A stretch of DNA of 64,000 bases from an uncultured Gammaproteobacteria bacterium (GCA_964449585.1 CAYUZE010000001.1:140142-204141), one strand, 5' to 3'; shown: positions 48,361-58,116, numbered from the stretch's first letter. Translations and numbers: made by a program. The notes: generated from the letters alone by a model not told the origin.

Positions 48361-48389
48361 AGAATATCATATTTATCCCGTGTTGTCAA
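48361..48389 (-). promoter_or_regulatory. Transposase promoter overlapping the terminal inverted repeat
   Basis: TTGACA-17 nt-TATTCT on the minus strand, 9 nt before the ATG. Confidence 0.65.
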
Positions 48390-48401
48390 GGGATCATCAC
48401 C

Positions 48402-48409
48402 AGAGATTC
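48402..48409 (+). repeat. 8-bp target-site duplication, right copy
   Basis: AGAGATTC, identical to 45932..45939. Confidence 0.92.
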
Positions 48410-48659
48410 GGGTATATAAAGGGCAAGGATGTAAAAACTGCCGTTTTACGGGATACGCTGGGCGGGTCGGTATTTTCGAGGTATTGGAAGTAACCAAGGA
48501 AATAAAAAAACTGATTACCGAAAGAAAAGACAGTGACGTGATTGCACAAAAAGCGGTTGAGCAAGGGATGTTAACGATGCTTGATGACGGACTTATCAAG
48601 GTATCAAAGGGAGTGACGACAATCGAAGAAATACTTCGGGTTACCCGGGTGGAATCGTT

Positions 48660-49712
48660 ATGAAAGCGGAAACTCTCACTCTCCAAAATTCTGAAAAATT
48701 GGCGTTGCTGAGTAATCTCTCGACTATGGTCAACGCCGGGTTAACGCTTGCCGAATCCATCAATTCACTCCTTGAAGACGCTACCGGTAATTTAAAAATC
48801 CTGCTTACGGGGATTGAGGCGGATATAACTCAGGGAAAGCCGCTTCATAGCGCCCTGGCTAAGTATCCTCGTGTATTTGATAGCGTTACGGTCGCCATTA
48901 TTAAAGCGTCGGAGGAATCGGGAACCATAGATGTCGTGCTTAAGGATGTAAAAAATACCATAAAAAAAGACATGGAGTTTAGCGATAAGATTCGTTCGGC
49001 ACTGACCTATCCCGCCGTTATTCTCGTAGTTTTTTTTGGCGTGCTTTTATTGCTTATTACCTTTGTTATTCCGAAAATTTCGGAAGTGTTTCTGCGCCTC
49101 CGCGTGGATTTGCCGCTTCCCACCCGCATTCTTATCGGTCTGTCGAATCTTGTGCTCAATTATACCCTTCCGACGCTTTTAGTACTGTTTGGACTTATTC
49201 TTATTCTCGTGTTTCTCTTTAAGCGAAAGCGTGCCTTTGTCATCAATGTTTTGCTTAATTTACCCTACGTGTCCACCATCGCGAGACAGATAGACCTGAC
49301 GAGATTTTCCCGCAGCATGTATTTACTGTTGGTCTCCGCAATTCCCTTGTACACGGCACTTGAGTTAACCCAGGCAGTTGCGATGAAAAAAGATATCCGC
49401 GAGGCGATCGCGAGAGCCCGAGAATATGTCGGGGGCGGGAAACGGTTGACGGATGGCTTACGCGGGCAAAAAAATATTCCCTCTTTGATGCTCAAGATCA
49501 TTGAGGTCGGTGAGCGAAGCGGTTCGCTTGATACATCAATGGAAGATCTGTCGGAATATTTTGATTATCAGGTGACGACCACGTTGCAGTATCTTATGAC
49601 GCTGCTCGAACCGGTGATCTTGGTGTTAGTCGGCGTTGTTGTGGGAGGAATGATGATGGCGATTATCGCGCCGATTTATAGTCTTATCGGTCAAGTGGGG
49701 GAGTTCCACTAG
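48660..49712 (+). CDS. pilC: PilC/GspF platform protein
   Basis: LSTMVNAG, A.EESG, ALTYP, LPLPT, VGERSGSLD, LLEP; ATGA overlap with the pilB stop. Confidence 0.93.
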   Translation: MKAETLTLQNSEKLALLSNLSTMVNAGLTLAESINSLLEDATGNLKILLTGIEADITQGKPLHSALAKYPRVFDSVTVAIIKASEESGTIDVVLKDVKNTIKKDMEFSDKIRSALTYPAVILVVFFGVLLLLITFVIPKISEVFLRLRVDLPLPTRILIGLSNLVLNYTLPTLLVLFGLILILVFLFKRKRAFVINVLLNLPYVSTIARQIDLTRFSRSMYLLLVSAIPLYTALELTQAVAMKKDIREAIARAREYVGGGKRLTDGLRGQKNIPSLMLKIIEVGERSGSLDTSMEDLSEYFDYQVTTTLQYLMTLLEPVILVLVGVVVGGMMMAIIAPIYSLIGQVGEFH

Positions 49713-50079
49713 CGGCGGTTTTCTTGACCAATTCCACCAGCGCTGGGGGTAATATATCCGCCTTCAAAATATGTGTTGCGGCTCCCATTTTGAGCGCGGT
49801 ATCCAAAATCGGATCGTGATCAAGATTCGTCAAAAGGATAATGGGACCGTTGGGCGTTTCCGATTGTGTCTCCTGCAGCTTGGTGAGGACGCCGAGTCCG
49901 TCGAGTTTGGGCATCATTACATCGAGCAGAATGACACAAAAGCCGCCTTTACGAAGCTGTTCCAGTCCCGCTTCGCCATTCTCGGCCGTGGTTACCGTAA
50001 AACCGGCGTCCGTCAGTACTTCCTCATACAATTCTCGAATAAACGAGTCGTCGTCGATAATAAGGATGCGCTTTTCCAT
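49684..50079 (-). CDS. Single-domain response regulator (CheY-like)
   Basis: ILIIDDD, ILLDVMMPKLDG, IILLTN, HILK. Confidence 0.92.
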   Translation of the reverse strand: MEKRILIIDDDSFIRELYEEVLTDAGFTVTTAENGEAGLEQLRKGGFCVILLDVMMPKLDGLGVLTKLQETQSETPNGPIILLTNLDHDPILDTALKMGAATHILKADILPPALVELVKKTAASGTPPLDR

Positions 50080-50155
50080 CTTTTGTATCTTACCCCACTC
50101 ATAGGGTAAACTCAACGAATATCTATGGTAATCAGCACGGAACCATGCTGTAAGT

Positions 50156-51670
50156 ATGTTGACACAAACTCTTATCAATAATCCCGTCAGATGGGAGCAA
50201 ATGCTTCGTGAAAAGCCCGAATCATTCTGGTTGAGAAGGGGGGAAAAAGCAGTCCTCTCCCTGTGGAATGAAATGGCGCGCAATGTTCCCGCATATAAAA
50301 AAATGCTGGTGTCGCGACACAAAAAAACAGCAACGGGATTAGCGGATTTTGTGCGCCGGGCGCCGGTGCTCACGAAAGAAAATTATCTTCGTCGTTTTCC
50401 TCTCGCGTCACTTTGTTGGCACGGCACCATGGCGACAAAGCCGACGATTATTTCCGCAACCAGCGGTTCATCGGGAGAACCTTTTTACTTTCCGCGAACC
50501 CGTGAACAGGACTTGCAGTATGCGGCGGTTGCCGAGATGTATCTCCGATCCAATTTTGCCATTCATAAAAAATCCACCCTCTATATCGTCGGTTGGGGCA
50601 TGGGGGTATGGATCGGCGGCGTGTTTACCTATTCGGCGCTTCGTACCCTTGCGGAGCGAGGTAAGTATCGATTGAGCATCATCACCCCGGGAACGTCAAA
50701 TGATGAAATACTTAAAGCGGTGACCCGTCTTGGCGGGCAATTTGATCAGATAATCATCGGGGGATATCCCCCGATGATAAAGGATCTTATCGACGAAGGG
50801 ATACGCATGCACGTGTCGTGGAAAAAGTATCCGATAAAGTTTATTTTTTCCGCCGAAGGGTTTACCGAATCATTTCGTTCCTATATTGTCGACAAGGCAG
50901 GATTAAAAAATCCGCTTATCGACACGTTAAATCATTACGGCAGCGTAGACCTCGGAACCATGGCACATGAAACACCGGCGGCAATTTTAATTCGACGTCT
51001 TGCCGCGAATAACCCCGCACTCAACGAGCAATTATTCGGACATCCGCACAATCAACCGACGCTGGCGCAATATATTCCCGAGTTGTTTTATTTTGAAGAG
51101 CATGAGGGTGTGCTTCTGTGTAGTGCCAGAAGCGGTATTCCCCTTGTCCGCTATGATTTGCTTGATTGGGGGGGCATTCACACGTTTGCGAAAATACGCG
51201 AGATTTTTGCGGCACATGCCATTGATCTTGAGAAAGAAATACGTCGTGCGGGTATTGCACCTTCACTTTGGCATCTTCCTTTTGTATATGTCTTTGAACG
51301 GAAAGACTTCACCATCAAGATTTCGGGAGCCAATATATATCCGCAGGAAATAAAGCGTGCACTCGAAATTCCCGCCATACAAAAAATGGTCACTGGCAAG
51401 CATACGGCGGAAGTGTATTACGACGCATCCATGAATCAGTCGTGGAAAGTGCATATTGAACTGCAAGAAGGAGTGACTCCGGCGGCAAAATCCGCAAGTT
51501 TTGTACAGCAATCTATCGTGGATGTCCTTTCGGAGTGCAATTCCGAGTTTGCCAACAACGTCGCAAGTCTTGGGAGGGAACGGATGTCTCCCAGGGTACA
51601 ATGGTGGCCGTACAAAAGTGCCCCGCACTTTACCGCTTCCGGTAAGCATAAATGGGTTAGGAAAACATAA
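50156..51670 (+). CDS. Phenylacetate-CoA-ligase (PaaK)-like adenylate-forming enzyme
   Basis: NVPAY, P.LTK.NY, ATSGSSGEP P-loop, GYPP, NHYGSVD, PLVRY...D, R.D.....GANIYP. Confidence 0.85.
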   Translation: MLTQTLINNPVRWEQMLREKPESFWLRRGEKAVLSLWNEMARNVPAYKKMLVSRHKKTATGLADFVRRAPVLTKENYLRRFPLASLCWHGTMATKPTIISATSGSSGEPFYFPRTREQDLQYAAVAEMYLRSNFAIHKKSTLYIVGWGMGVWIGGVFTYSALRTLAERGKYRLSIITPGTSNDEILKAVTRLGGQFDQIIIGGYPPMIKDLIDEGIRMHVSWKKYPIKFIFSAEGFTESFRSYIVDKAGLKNPLIDTLNHYGSVDLGTMAHETPAAILIRRLAANNPALNEQLFGHPHNQPTLAQYIPELFYFEEHEGVLLCSARSGIPLVRYDLLDWGGIHTFAKIREIFAAHAIDLEKEIRRAGIAPSLWHLPFVYVFERKDFTIKISGANIYPQEIKRALEIPAIQKMVTGKHTAEVYYDASMNQSWKVHIELQEGVTPAAKSASFVQQSIVDVLSECNSEFANNVASLGRERMSPRVQWWPYKSAPHFTASGKHKWVRKT

Positions 51671-51700
51671 ATGGAGTTGTTACAATGACAGTAACGCTCT

Positions 51701-52861
51701 ATGGATGATACTGCCCGTGATTATCGAATACTCCTCGATCCCAAAAAAAAGAAGGATGCCGACGTCATTGCACGCGTAACCTCACTTTCCGGAACCGTGG
51801 TTATCGATGAACTCGAATCACAGTTTGAGGAACTCTATAAAATCCGTAACCCCGGAACGATTTTTCAGTCATGGACGCCCGAACAGGTACGAAAATTCAC
51901 GCAAACCATTTTGGGGGAAAATACGACGGCGGCGTTCGGCAAATGGGGATGGTACCCTTGGAGTAAGACGCTCATTCATTTTTTGCCGGAGCCGCTTCAT
52001 TTTGAATTACGAACCGCCCGCAACCGAAATCTCATTACGAAAAAAGAACAGCACTGTTTCTATAACGCGCACATAGGAGTTGCGGGACTGAGTGTCGGGA
52101 ATGCCGTGGTCTCTGCGATAGTTCATACGGGGGGAGCCAAGTATCTCCGTATTGCCGACGGCGACGTCTTGTCAGGGTCGAATACAAACCGCATTCGCGC
52201 GGGTTTTGACACGATCGGCGTACCCAAAACGACCGTTGTTGCCCGTGAGGTACTCCTTACGAATCCGTATGCGAACCTTCAGGTATATGCTGAAGGACTT
52301 ACGGAGAGTAACTTACAACAATTTCTTACGGTTCCCGTGCCGCTTACCGTTGTCGTTGATGAGATGGATAATTTATACCTTAAAATACGACTTCGTTTGC
52401 TCGCGCGAAAATATCGCATTCCCGTTGTTATGGCAGCAGATAACGGAGAAGGTGTCGTCGTTGATATTGAACGGTATGATTTACATCCCCATCTTCCCCT
52501 CATGCACGGCGACGTACCGGAAGAGGAACTCCTGCGCATCCGTCCCGACACGCCCCGTTCGACTGCGGCGCGCATTATCAGTACGTGGGTGAAGCCGGAA
52601 AATATTGCCACACGAATGATGAGCTCTCTTATGGAGATGGGAAAGACAATCTACACGTGGCCACAACTGGGAAACGCCGCCGCCATGGCGGGGTCGGTAA
52701 TGAGCTATGTGGTGAGGCAGATTGCCGTAAAGAATCCCCTTAGGGAAGGAAAAATCGTTTTGTCTCCCGAGGCGTTATTTATGCCTTCTGATACGGCATC
52801 ACTTGAAAATAATCGAAAAGAAAAAATATACAGGCGATTTATAAAGATGACTCAGAAATGA
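51701..52861 (+). CDS. ThiF/E1-like adenylyltransferase, Rv1355c-like, without nitroreductase domain
   Basis: W.WYPW...L.H.L....ELRTARNRNLIT..EQ, GVAGLSVG, AD.D....SN.NR, DEMD..K, DIERYD, TWPQLG. Confidence 0.85.
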   Translation: MDDTARDYRILLDPKKKKDADVIARVTSLSGTVVIDELESQFEELYKIRNPGTIFQSWTPEQVRKFTQTILGENTTAAFGKWGWYPWSKTLIHFLPEPLHFELRTARNRNLITKKEQHCFYNAHIGVAGLSVGNAVVSAIVHTGGAKYLRIADGDVLSGSNTNRIRAGFDTIGVPKTTVVAREVLLTNPYANLQVYAEGLTESNLQQFLTVPVPLTVVVDEMDNLYLKIRLRLLARKYRIPVVMAADNGEGVVVDIERYDLHPHLPLMHGDVPEEELLRIRPDTPRSTAARIISTWVKPENIATRMMSSLMEMGKTIYTWPQLGNAAAMAGSVMSYVVRQIAVKNPLREGKIVLSPEALFMPSDTASLENNRKEKIYRRFIKMTQK

Positions 52862-52870
52862 CGGGTATTT

Positions 52871-55093
52871 ATGTCTATTAATCTGCTCATTCTTATCGGC
52901 GGTGTTGCCGCAAACATTTTGCTGGGGCTGTTCGTATTTGTCCGGAACAGAAGATCGGCGACGGCTATCCTGTTTTTCCTTTTAACTCTCGATATCGGCC
53001 TTTGGTCTATAGCCAATTACCTGTCGCTTCACACGCGTGACTTACTCACCGTACTCTATTGGACACGGGGTGTTATGGCACTTGCGGTTCCTCAGGCGGT
53101 ATTGTTCTATTTGCTGATTTGCACCCTTCCGTCGGTAAAGTTTTCGGCACCTAACAGATGGTTTACCGGCTATCTTGCTATCAGTGCCATTACGGCAGGT
53201 CTGTGTGTTTCGCCGTATTTATTCCCGTCCCTTATTTTCGTAAATAACGTCCCTTCACCGACTCCGGGGCCTGCAATGCCGCTTTTTGCGGCGGTGGCGG
53301 TGGGTTCGGTTCTGGCCGCGGTGGGAAAGCTTCTTCAACGTATACGGAATGAAAAAGGAATAATACGGTCGCAGCTGCAGGTAATCGGACTCGGCATTGC
53401 CGTCATGTTTGCACTCATAATATTTTTCAATTTTGTGCTGGTTATCGTATTTCAACAGTCGTCATTTATTTCATTCAGCCCTCTTTACACACTTCCGTTC
53501 GTTATTGCGACGGCGTACGCGATTATTAAACATAAATTTCTGGCTATTCGTGCGGTTATCGCCCGAGCGGTTTCTTACGTGACGCTTATTTCCCTGTTCG
53601 GCATTGCGTACGCGCTGCTGTTTTCTTCGACCGCCTCACTGCTGGTTACTCCGTACATTGATCCGCAATTTATCGCTGTTTCAACATTTTTATCGCTCGT
53701 CATGTTGCTGACGTTCCCGCCGATTAAACGGGGAATTGAAAAAGCGACCGACGCGGTTTTTTTTAAAAACAAGTATGACACGCCGCAGGTTCTGTATCGT
53801 TTGTCAAAAACCATGGCCAGATCACTTCGACTCGAGGACTTATGCCATCAATTTCTTCGTGAGCTAATGACGGAGCTGAAAATCACTAAAGCATGTATCG
53901 TTCTTATTCATCAGGAACGAATATTTTCGATTCTTTCAGAAGGGTACGAGGTGACTCCGGAACTCCACGAGTCAGTCGCCGTACGCGCGGCAACGGTGGG
54001 AGGCGCGCATCGTCGTGACGACGAACAGGATCAATACCGAAAGGCAGTATTTGACGCACTGGATGCGTCCGTATTCATTCCTCTCGAAACATCGCAAAAG
54101 GTAATCGGCTTACTTTGCGTCGGTGAGCGCCTTTCAGGGGAAGAATACGCGGAGGAAGATATACATCTTTTGGAGATTATTGCCCCGGAGCTCGGTGTTG
54201 CCATCGAAAACTCATTGTCCTATGAGGAAATCCGCCGTTTTACGTTGACGCTTGAAGATGAAGTAAAACATGCCACCGAGGATCTTCGCGGCGCCAACGA
54301 GAAACTGCTGCAACTTGATAAGCTGAAGGACGAATTTGTATCACTTGCCTCGCACGAATTACGAACCCCTCTCACTTCAATTCGCTCGTATTTATGGATG
54401 GCGCTGTCGGGGAAAGGCGGCAGTTTATCCGAAAAACAGTCGTATTATCTTGAACGCGCCTTTAGTTCTGCCGATCGTCTCATTCGGCTGGTGAACGATA
54501 TGTTGAATATTTCCCGGATTGAATCAGGAAGACTATCGGTGCAATTCTCACGGATCGGCATGCAAACGATCATTCGTGATGTCCTCCAGGAAGTACAGCC
54601 GAAAATAGATGAACAGGAACTCCGTATGGAGCTAAAAATCGACGAGAAGGATTTGCCCGATGTTATAGCTGACACAGATAAAATAAAGGAAGTGCTCATC
54701 AATCTTATCGGCAATGCCATAAAAAGTACCCCAAGATCGGGAACCATCACGATCACCCTGGAGCGAAAGGATGAATTTATCATGACCAGCGTGTCGGATA
54801 CGGGAATCGGCTTTGACCCGTCGTTCACTTCAAAATTGTTTACAAAATTCGGTACGCTTGCCACCCCGACCCCCGCGCAATCGTCAATAATGCAAAGTAC
54901 CGGCTTGGGATTGTTTATCTGCAAATCCATAGTTATGCTCCACGGGGGGAGTATTGAGGGTCATTCCGAAGGGAAAGGTATGGGGGCAACGTTCCGTTTC
55001 ACGCTTCCTATTTATACGATAGCAAAACGGGAGGCATTACAACGCAGATATTCACCGGACGGACTTGCCATTATACACAGTTCGCTTTCGTAA
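52871..55093 (+). CDS. Sensor histidine kinase: 7TM (HisKA_7TM-like) + GAF + HisKA + HATPase
   Basis: N-terminal multi-TM region, YAIIKH.F, GAF region (IPL...IGLL.VG.R.SG..Y..ED..LL), SHELRTPL, NLIGNAIK, DTGIG, GLGL, G.GATF.F.LP. Confidence 0.93.
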   Translation: MSINLLILIGGVAANILLGLFVFVRNRRSATAILFFLLTLDIGLWSIANYLSLHTRDLLTVLYWTRGVMALAVPQAVLFYLLICTLPSVKFSAPNRWFTGYLAISAITAGLCVSPYLFPSLIFVNNVPSPTPGPAMPLFAAVAVGSVLAAVGKLLQRIRNEKGIIRSQLQVIGLGIAVMFALIIFFNFVLVIVFQQSSFISFSPLYTLPFVIATAYAIIKHKFLAIRAVIARAVSYVTLISLFGIAYALLFSSTASLLVTPYIDPQFIAVSTFLSLVMLLTFPPIKRGIEKATDAVFFKNKYDTPQVLYRLSKTMARSLRLEDLCHQFLRELMTELKITKACIVLIHQERIFSILSEGYEVTPELHESVAVRAATVGGAHRRDDEQDQYRKAVFDALDASVFIPLETSQKVIGLLCVGERLSGEEYAEEDIHLLEIIAPELGVAIENSLSYEEIRRFTLTLEDEVKHATEDLRGANEKLLQLDKLKDEFVSLASHELRTPLTSIRSYLWMALSGKGGSLSEKQSYYLERAFSSADRLIRLVNDMLNISRIESGRLSVQFSRIGMQTIIRDVLQEVQPKIDEQELRMELKIDEKDLPDVIADTDKIKEVLINLIGNAIKSTPRSGTITITLERKDEFIMTSVSDTGIGFDPSFTSKLFTKFGTLATPTPAQSSIMQSTGLGLFICKSIVMLHGGSIEGHSEGKGMGATFRFTLPIYTIAKREALQRRYSPDGLAIIHSSLS

Positions 55094-55094
55094 T

Positions 55095-55610
55095 ATGGGA
55101 ACACGGACATCGGCGATAACAACCAATAGGCGATCGGCGAGGGGGTTTACCCTTATTGAAATCGTGATCGTGGGGGCAATTATGGGAATGCTTTGGGCGA
55201 TAACTACCCAATCGTTTTTTGGCGGCATACGAAGTGCAACGCTTGACGTTGCGGGAGAATCCGTCGTGCGCGACATGAATCTTCAGCAGGCGAAAGCGAT
55301 GCACGGGGTCTCGTCAAACGGTGCCGCAGTAGATTACTCGATTCGGTTTGAAACTGACCGATACGTTCTGTATCCGGGATCGGTATATGATGCGGGTAAT
55401 GTTCAGAATCGCATCGTCAATCTTGAGCCCGCACACATTTTTAGCGAGATTGCCGTTCCCGATCAGACACTGACCTATGCCAGAGGTAACGGGATTGTTC
55501 GTGATTTTGCCAGTGGCGCCGATCATATAACGCTTTCCGATCCGGAAAGCGGCGAGAGTGTTGTTATCAGTATTAATGCATACGGGGTGGTGACCCTCCG
55601 TTGGCAATAG
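55095..55610 (+). CDS. Minor pilin (FimT/GspH-like)
   Basis: Class III signal RG|FTLIE. Confidence 0.85.
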   Translation: MGTRTSAITTNRRSARGFTLIEIVIVGAIMGMLWAITTQSFFGGIRSATLDVAGESVVRDMNLQQAKAMHGVSSNGAAVDYSIRFETDRYVLYPGSVYDAGNVQNRIVNLEPAHIFSEIAVPDQTLTYARGNGIVRDFASGADHITLSDPESGESVVISINAYGVVTLRWQ

Positions 55611-55614
55611 TGCT

Positions 55615-57612
55615 ATGAAGAGTCAAAAAGGCCAAACAATTATCGAAGTATTGCTTGCAATGGCATTTGCATTGGTACTCTTCCCCGCGCTTTTTACCCT
55701 GCTGTTTATTTCCCGGGACGGTAGAGCACAACAAATTACGCGCACAAGAGCGACGGCGCTCCTGACGGAAACACAGGAGGCGGTACGGAGTGTTCGGGAA
55801 AACGGATGGGAACATATCGCGTCATACGGTAACAACCTCGCATATCATCCCCGGGTAGAAAATAACCGTTGGACTTTGGGAAGCGGCGCAGATACACCCC
55901 AAGGATTTACCCGAAGTGTCGAGTTTTCTCCCGTCATGCGCGATGCCGATGGCAAGATAGTGACGACGGGAGGAAGTACCGATCCTTCGACAAGAAGGGT
56001 AACGGCGAGAGTCAGTTGGTCAATGCCGATACCCACGGAGATAACATCCGTTTTTTATTTAACCAGACATAACAATATCATCCAAGTTGATACGACGGAG
56101 ACGGATTTTGCCGCAGGGGACACCTCGCAGCACACCCGTGTGGTGAACCTGGCGGGAGGTGAAGTTATTTTAGGTTCCACCGGCGGCTACGGGGATTGGT
56201 GCCAACCATCACTGACGATTTCCGCGGTTGACCTTCCCAAAAGCGGGGTTGCCAACGCCATTTCGGCAATTCAGGGACAAATTGCCGCAGGCACGGGTGA
56301 CAACGCAAGCGGTGTTTCTTACGCCAACATTTTGGTGAGTGATCCGGAATATCCGACTAATCCCACCGCATCGGTGTCGGGAACATTTGACGGCTATAAA
56401 ACAAACGACGTCTTTACGGAACAGCAGTACGCATATCTTGCCACCGACACCAATACAAAAGAAGTGGAAATTATTGATCTTTCCGCCGTCAATGCGTCGG
56501 GGAAGTATGCGGAGGTGGGGTATTTTGATGCTCCGGGGAACGGCAACGCGGAAAGCGTCACCACCCATGATTCGGTCGGGTATATGGTGGGAGGATCAAT
56601 GCTTTATACGTTTAATCTTTCTCAAAAAACGGGTTCTCGGGCAATTCTTGATAGCGACGGATTATCACTTCCCGGCGTAGGGAAAAGCATTATTGTTACG
56701 GGTAACCGTGCGTTTATCGTCACCACGGCAACAAATGCCCAGTTGGTTATCGTTGACGTAAGTAATCCTTCTGATTTGCGCATTGTGAGTCAGATCGGAT
56801 TACCCGCTTCGGGCGGTAAGGCAATCTATGTCAACGGAAGTGCCAGTAGGGCATACGTGGCAACAGAGCAGTCTTCATCACAGCGGGAACTGTTTATCGT
56901 CAATACGGAGGCGGGGAGCGCCGGCTACACACAAGTTGTCGGATCGTATGATACGGGGAGCATGAATCCTAAAGGCGTTGTCGTCGTGTCCGGACCTCGG
57001 GCAATAGTCGTGGGAACGGGAGGGGAAGAATATCAGGTCGTGGATATAACAAACGAACAGGCCAATCCGCTTCCGCGATGCGGAGGATTACAGGTAGATT
57101 CCGGGGTCAACGGTATTGATACCGTGCTTTCCTCAAGCGGCAGGGCATACTCCTATATCATTTCCGGTGATGCCTCAAGCGAACTCAAGATTATCGAAGG
57201 AGGTCCCGGCGCAAACGGAAGAGACTATTACCTTACCGGGATATTTGATTCGCAAATCTTTGATGCCGCCACGATTGCTACGGGAAGTGCCGCCGTCGCA
57301 TTTAATCGGATAAGCGCCCAAATCACCGTTCCGTCTTCGCAAGCAACCGTGACGTTGCAATTTGCCGGCACTGATGCGGTTGGCGGGAGTTGTGCGGCGG
57401 CATCATACACGTATGTTGGACCGGATGGTACGGCAAATACTGCCTTTTCGTCAACCGACGGCACTTCGATAACGGGTATTCTCCCGTTTTCCGATGACGG
57501 TGCGGGGTACGAAAACCCCGCACGTTGTTTCCGCTACCGCGCCAACCTGGTGACCGGAGATGCGACACTTACGCCAATCGTCAATGATGTCAGTATCGCA
57601 GTATCACCATGA
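55615..57612 (+). CDS. Large minor pilin fused to an LVIVD-repeat beta-propeller
   Basis: KG|QTIIE signal and PilV-like N-domain; repeats such as YAYLA...VEIIDLS, AFIV...LVIVDVSNP, RAYVA...LFIVN. Confidence 0.8.
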   Translation: MKSQKGQTIIEVLLAMAFALVLFPALFTLLFISRDGRAQQITRTRATALLTETQEAVRSVRENGWEHIASYGNNLAYHPRVENNRWTLGSGADTPQGFTRSVEFSPVMRDADGKIVTTGGSTDPSTRRVTARVSWSMPIPTEITSVFYLTRHNNIIQVDTTETDFAAGDTSQHTRVVNLAGGEVILGSTGGYGDWCQPSLTISAVDLPKSGVANAISAIQGQIAAGTGDNASGVSYANILVSDPEYPTNPTASVSGTFDGYKTNDVFTEQQYAYLATDTNTKEVEIIDLSAVNASGKYAEVGYFDAPGNGNAESVTTHDSVGYMVGGSMLYTFNLSQKTGSRAILDSDGLSLPGVGKSIIVTGNRAFIVTTATNAQLVIVDVSNPSDLRIVSQIGLPASGGKAIYVNGSASRAYVATEQSSSQRELFIVNTEAGSAGYTQVVGSYDTGSMNPKGVVVVSGPRAIVVGTGGEEYQVVDITNEQANPLPRCGGLQVDSGVNGIDTVLSSSGRAYSYIISGDASSELKIIEGGPGANGRDYYLTGIFDSQIFDAATIATGSAAVAFNRISAQITVPSSQATVTLQFAGTDAVGGSCAAASYTYVGPDGTANTAFSSTDGTSITGILPFSDDGAGYENPARCFRYRANLVTGDATLTPIVNDVSIAVSP

Positions 57613-58115
57613 AAAAAAACAGGGGTTTTTCCACCATCGAATTGATCTTGTATATCGGTCTTACGGGGATGCTGTTGGGAGTCATGAGTCAAGTATTTCT
57701 TACGATCATCGGAGTACGGGTTTCCTCTACCCAGACGACCGCCGTCCAACAGGATTCGCGATTTATTCTCGCGCGACTTTCTCACGCAATACGACGAGCA
57801 GACGTAATACTCTCTCCGAGTATCGGGGTGGCCAGTTCATCGATGACACTGCAAATCAATGAAAACGGAAACACTATTACGGAACAATATAGCTGGGACG
57901 GACAAAATATTTGGATAATAACCGCCACAAACAGCAGTCAATTAAACAGCAATCGCACCGTCGTTTCGGATTTTTCGCTTTCCCGCAACGGGACATCATC
58001 GACTGATCCTGCCGGAGCAGACACCATAACGGTTTCACTGTCGATGGACGGCAACGCCGAGATTACCACGGGACAACAATCCATACAGGTGCAAACGACG
58101 GTGGGACAACGATAA
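57609..58115 (+). CDS. Minor pilin (PilW/GspJ-like)
   Basis: RG|FSTIELILY. Confidence 0.85.
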   Translation: MKKNRGFSTIELILYIGLTGMLLGVMSQVFLTIIGVRVSSTQTTAVQQDSRFILARLSHAIRRADVILSPSIGVASSSMTLQINENGNTITEQYSWDGQNIWIITATNSSQLNSNRTVVSDFSLSRNGTSSTDPAGADTITVSLSMDGNAEITTGQQSIQVQTTVGQR

Positions 58116-58116
58116 T

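Larger units (their letters stand above)
45940..48401 (-). mobile_element. IS1595-family element with passenger genes (2462 bp)
   Basis: Imperfect TIRs (GGTGGTGCTCCCTTCAAGACACGTAATAAA vs GGTGATGATCCCTTGACAACACGGGATAAA, 23/30 identical), 8-bp TSD and a transposase. Confidence 0.92.
44517..48663 (+). pseudogene. pilB: PilB/GspE assembly ATPase split by an IS (44517..45939 + 48410..48663)
   Basis: ASDIHIEP, GPTGSGKTT, EDPVE, LRQDP, GEIRD, CDYC. After the IS the frame resumes EIRVYKGQGCKNC..TGYAGRVGIFE...TTIEEILRV. Confidence 0.92.

Noticed and set aside
45940-48401. Self-splicing intron or intein in pilB
   Set aside because: TIRs, an 8-bp TSD and a DDE transposase identify an IS; no group I/II or intein motifs were seen.
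50080-50373. N-terminal 98 aa of ORF 49684..50373
   Set aside because: It overlaps the PaaK-like gene on the other strand; the receiver domain starts at 50079.
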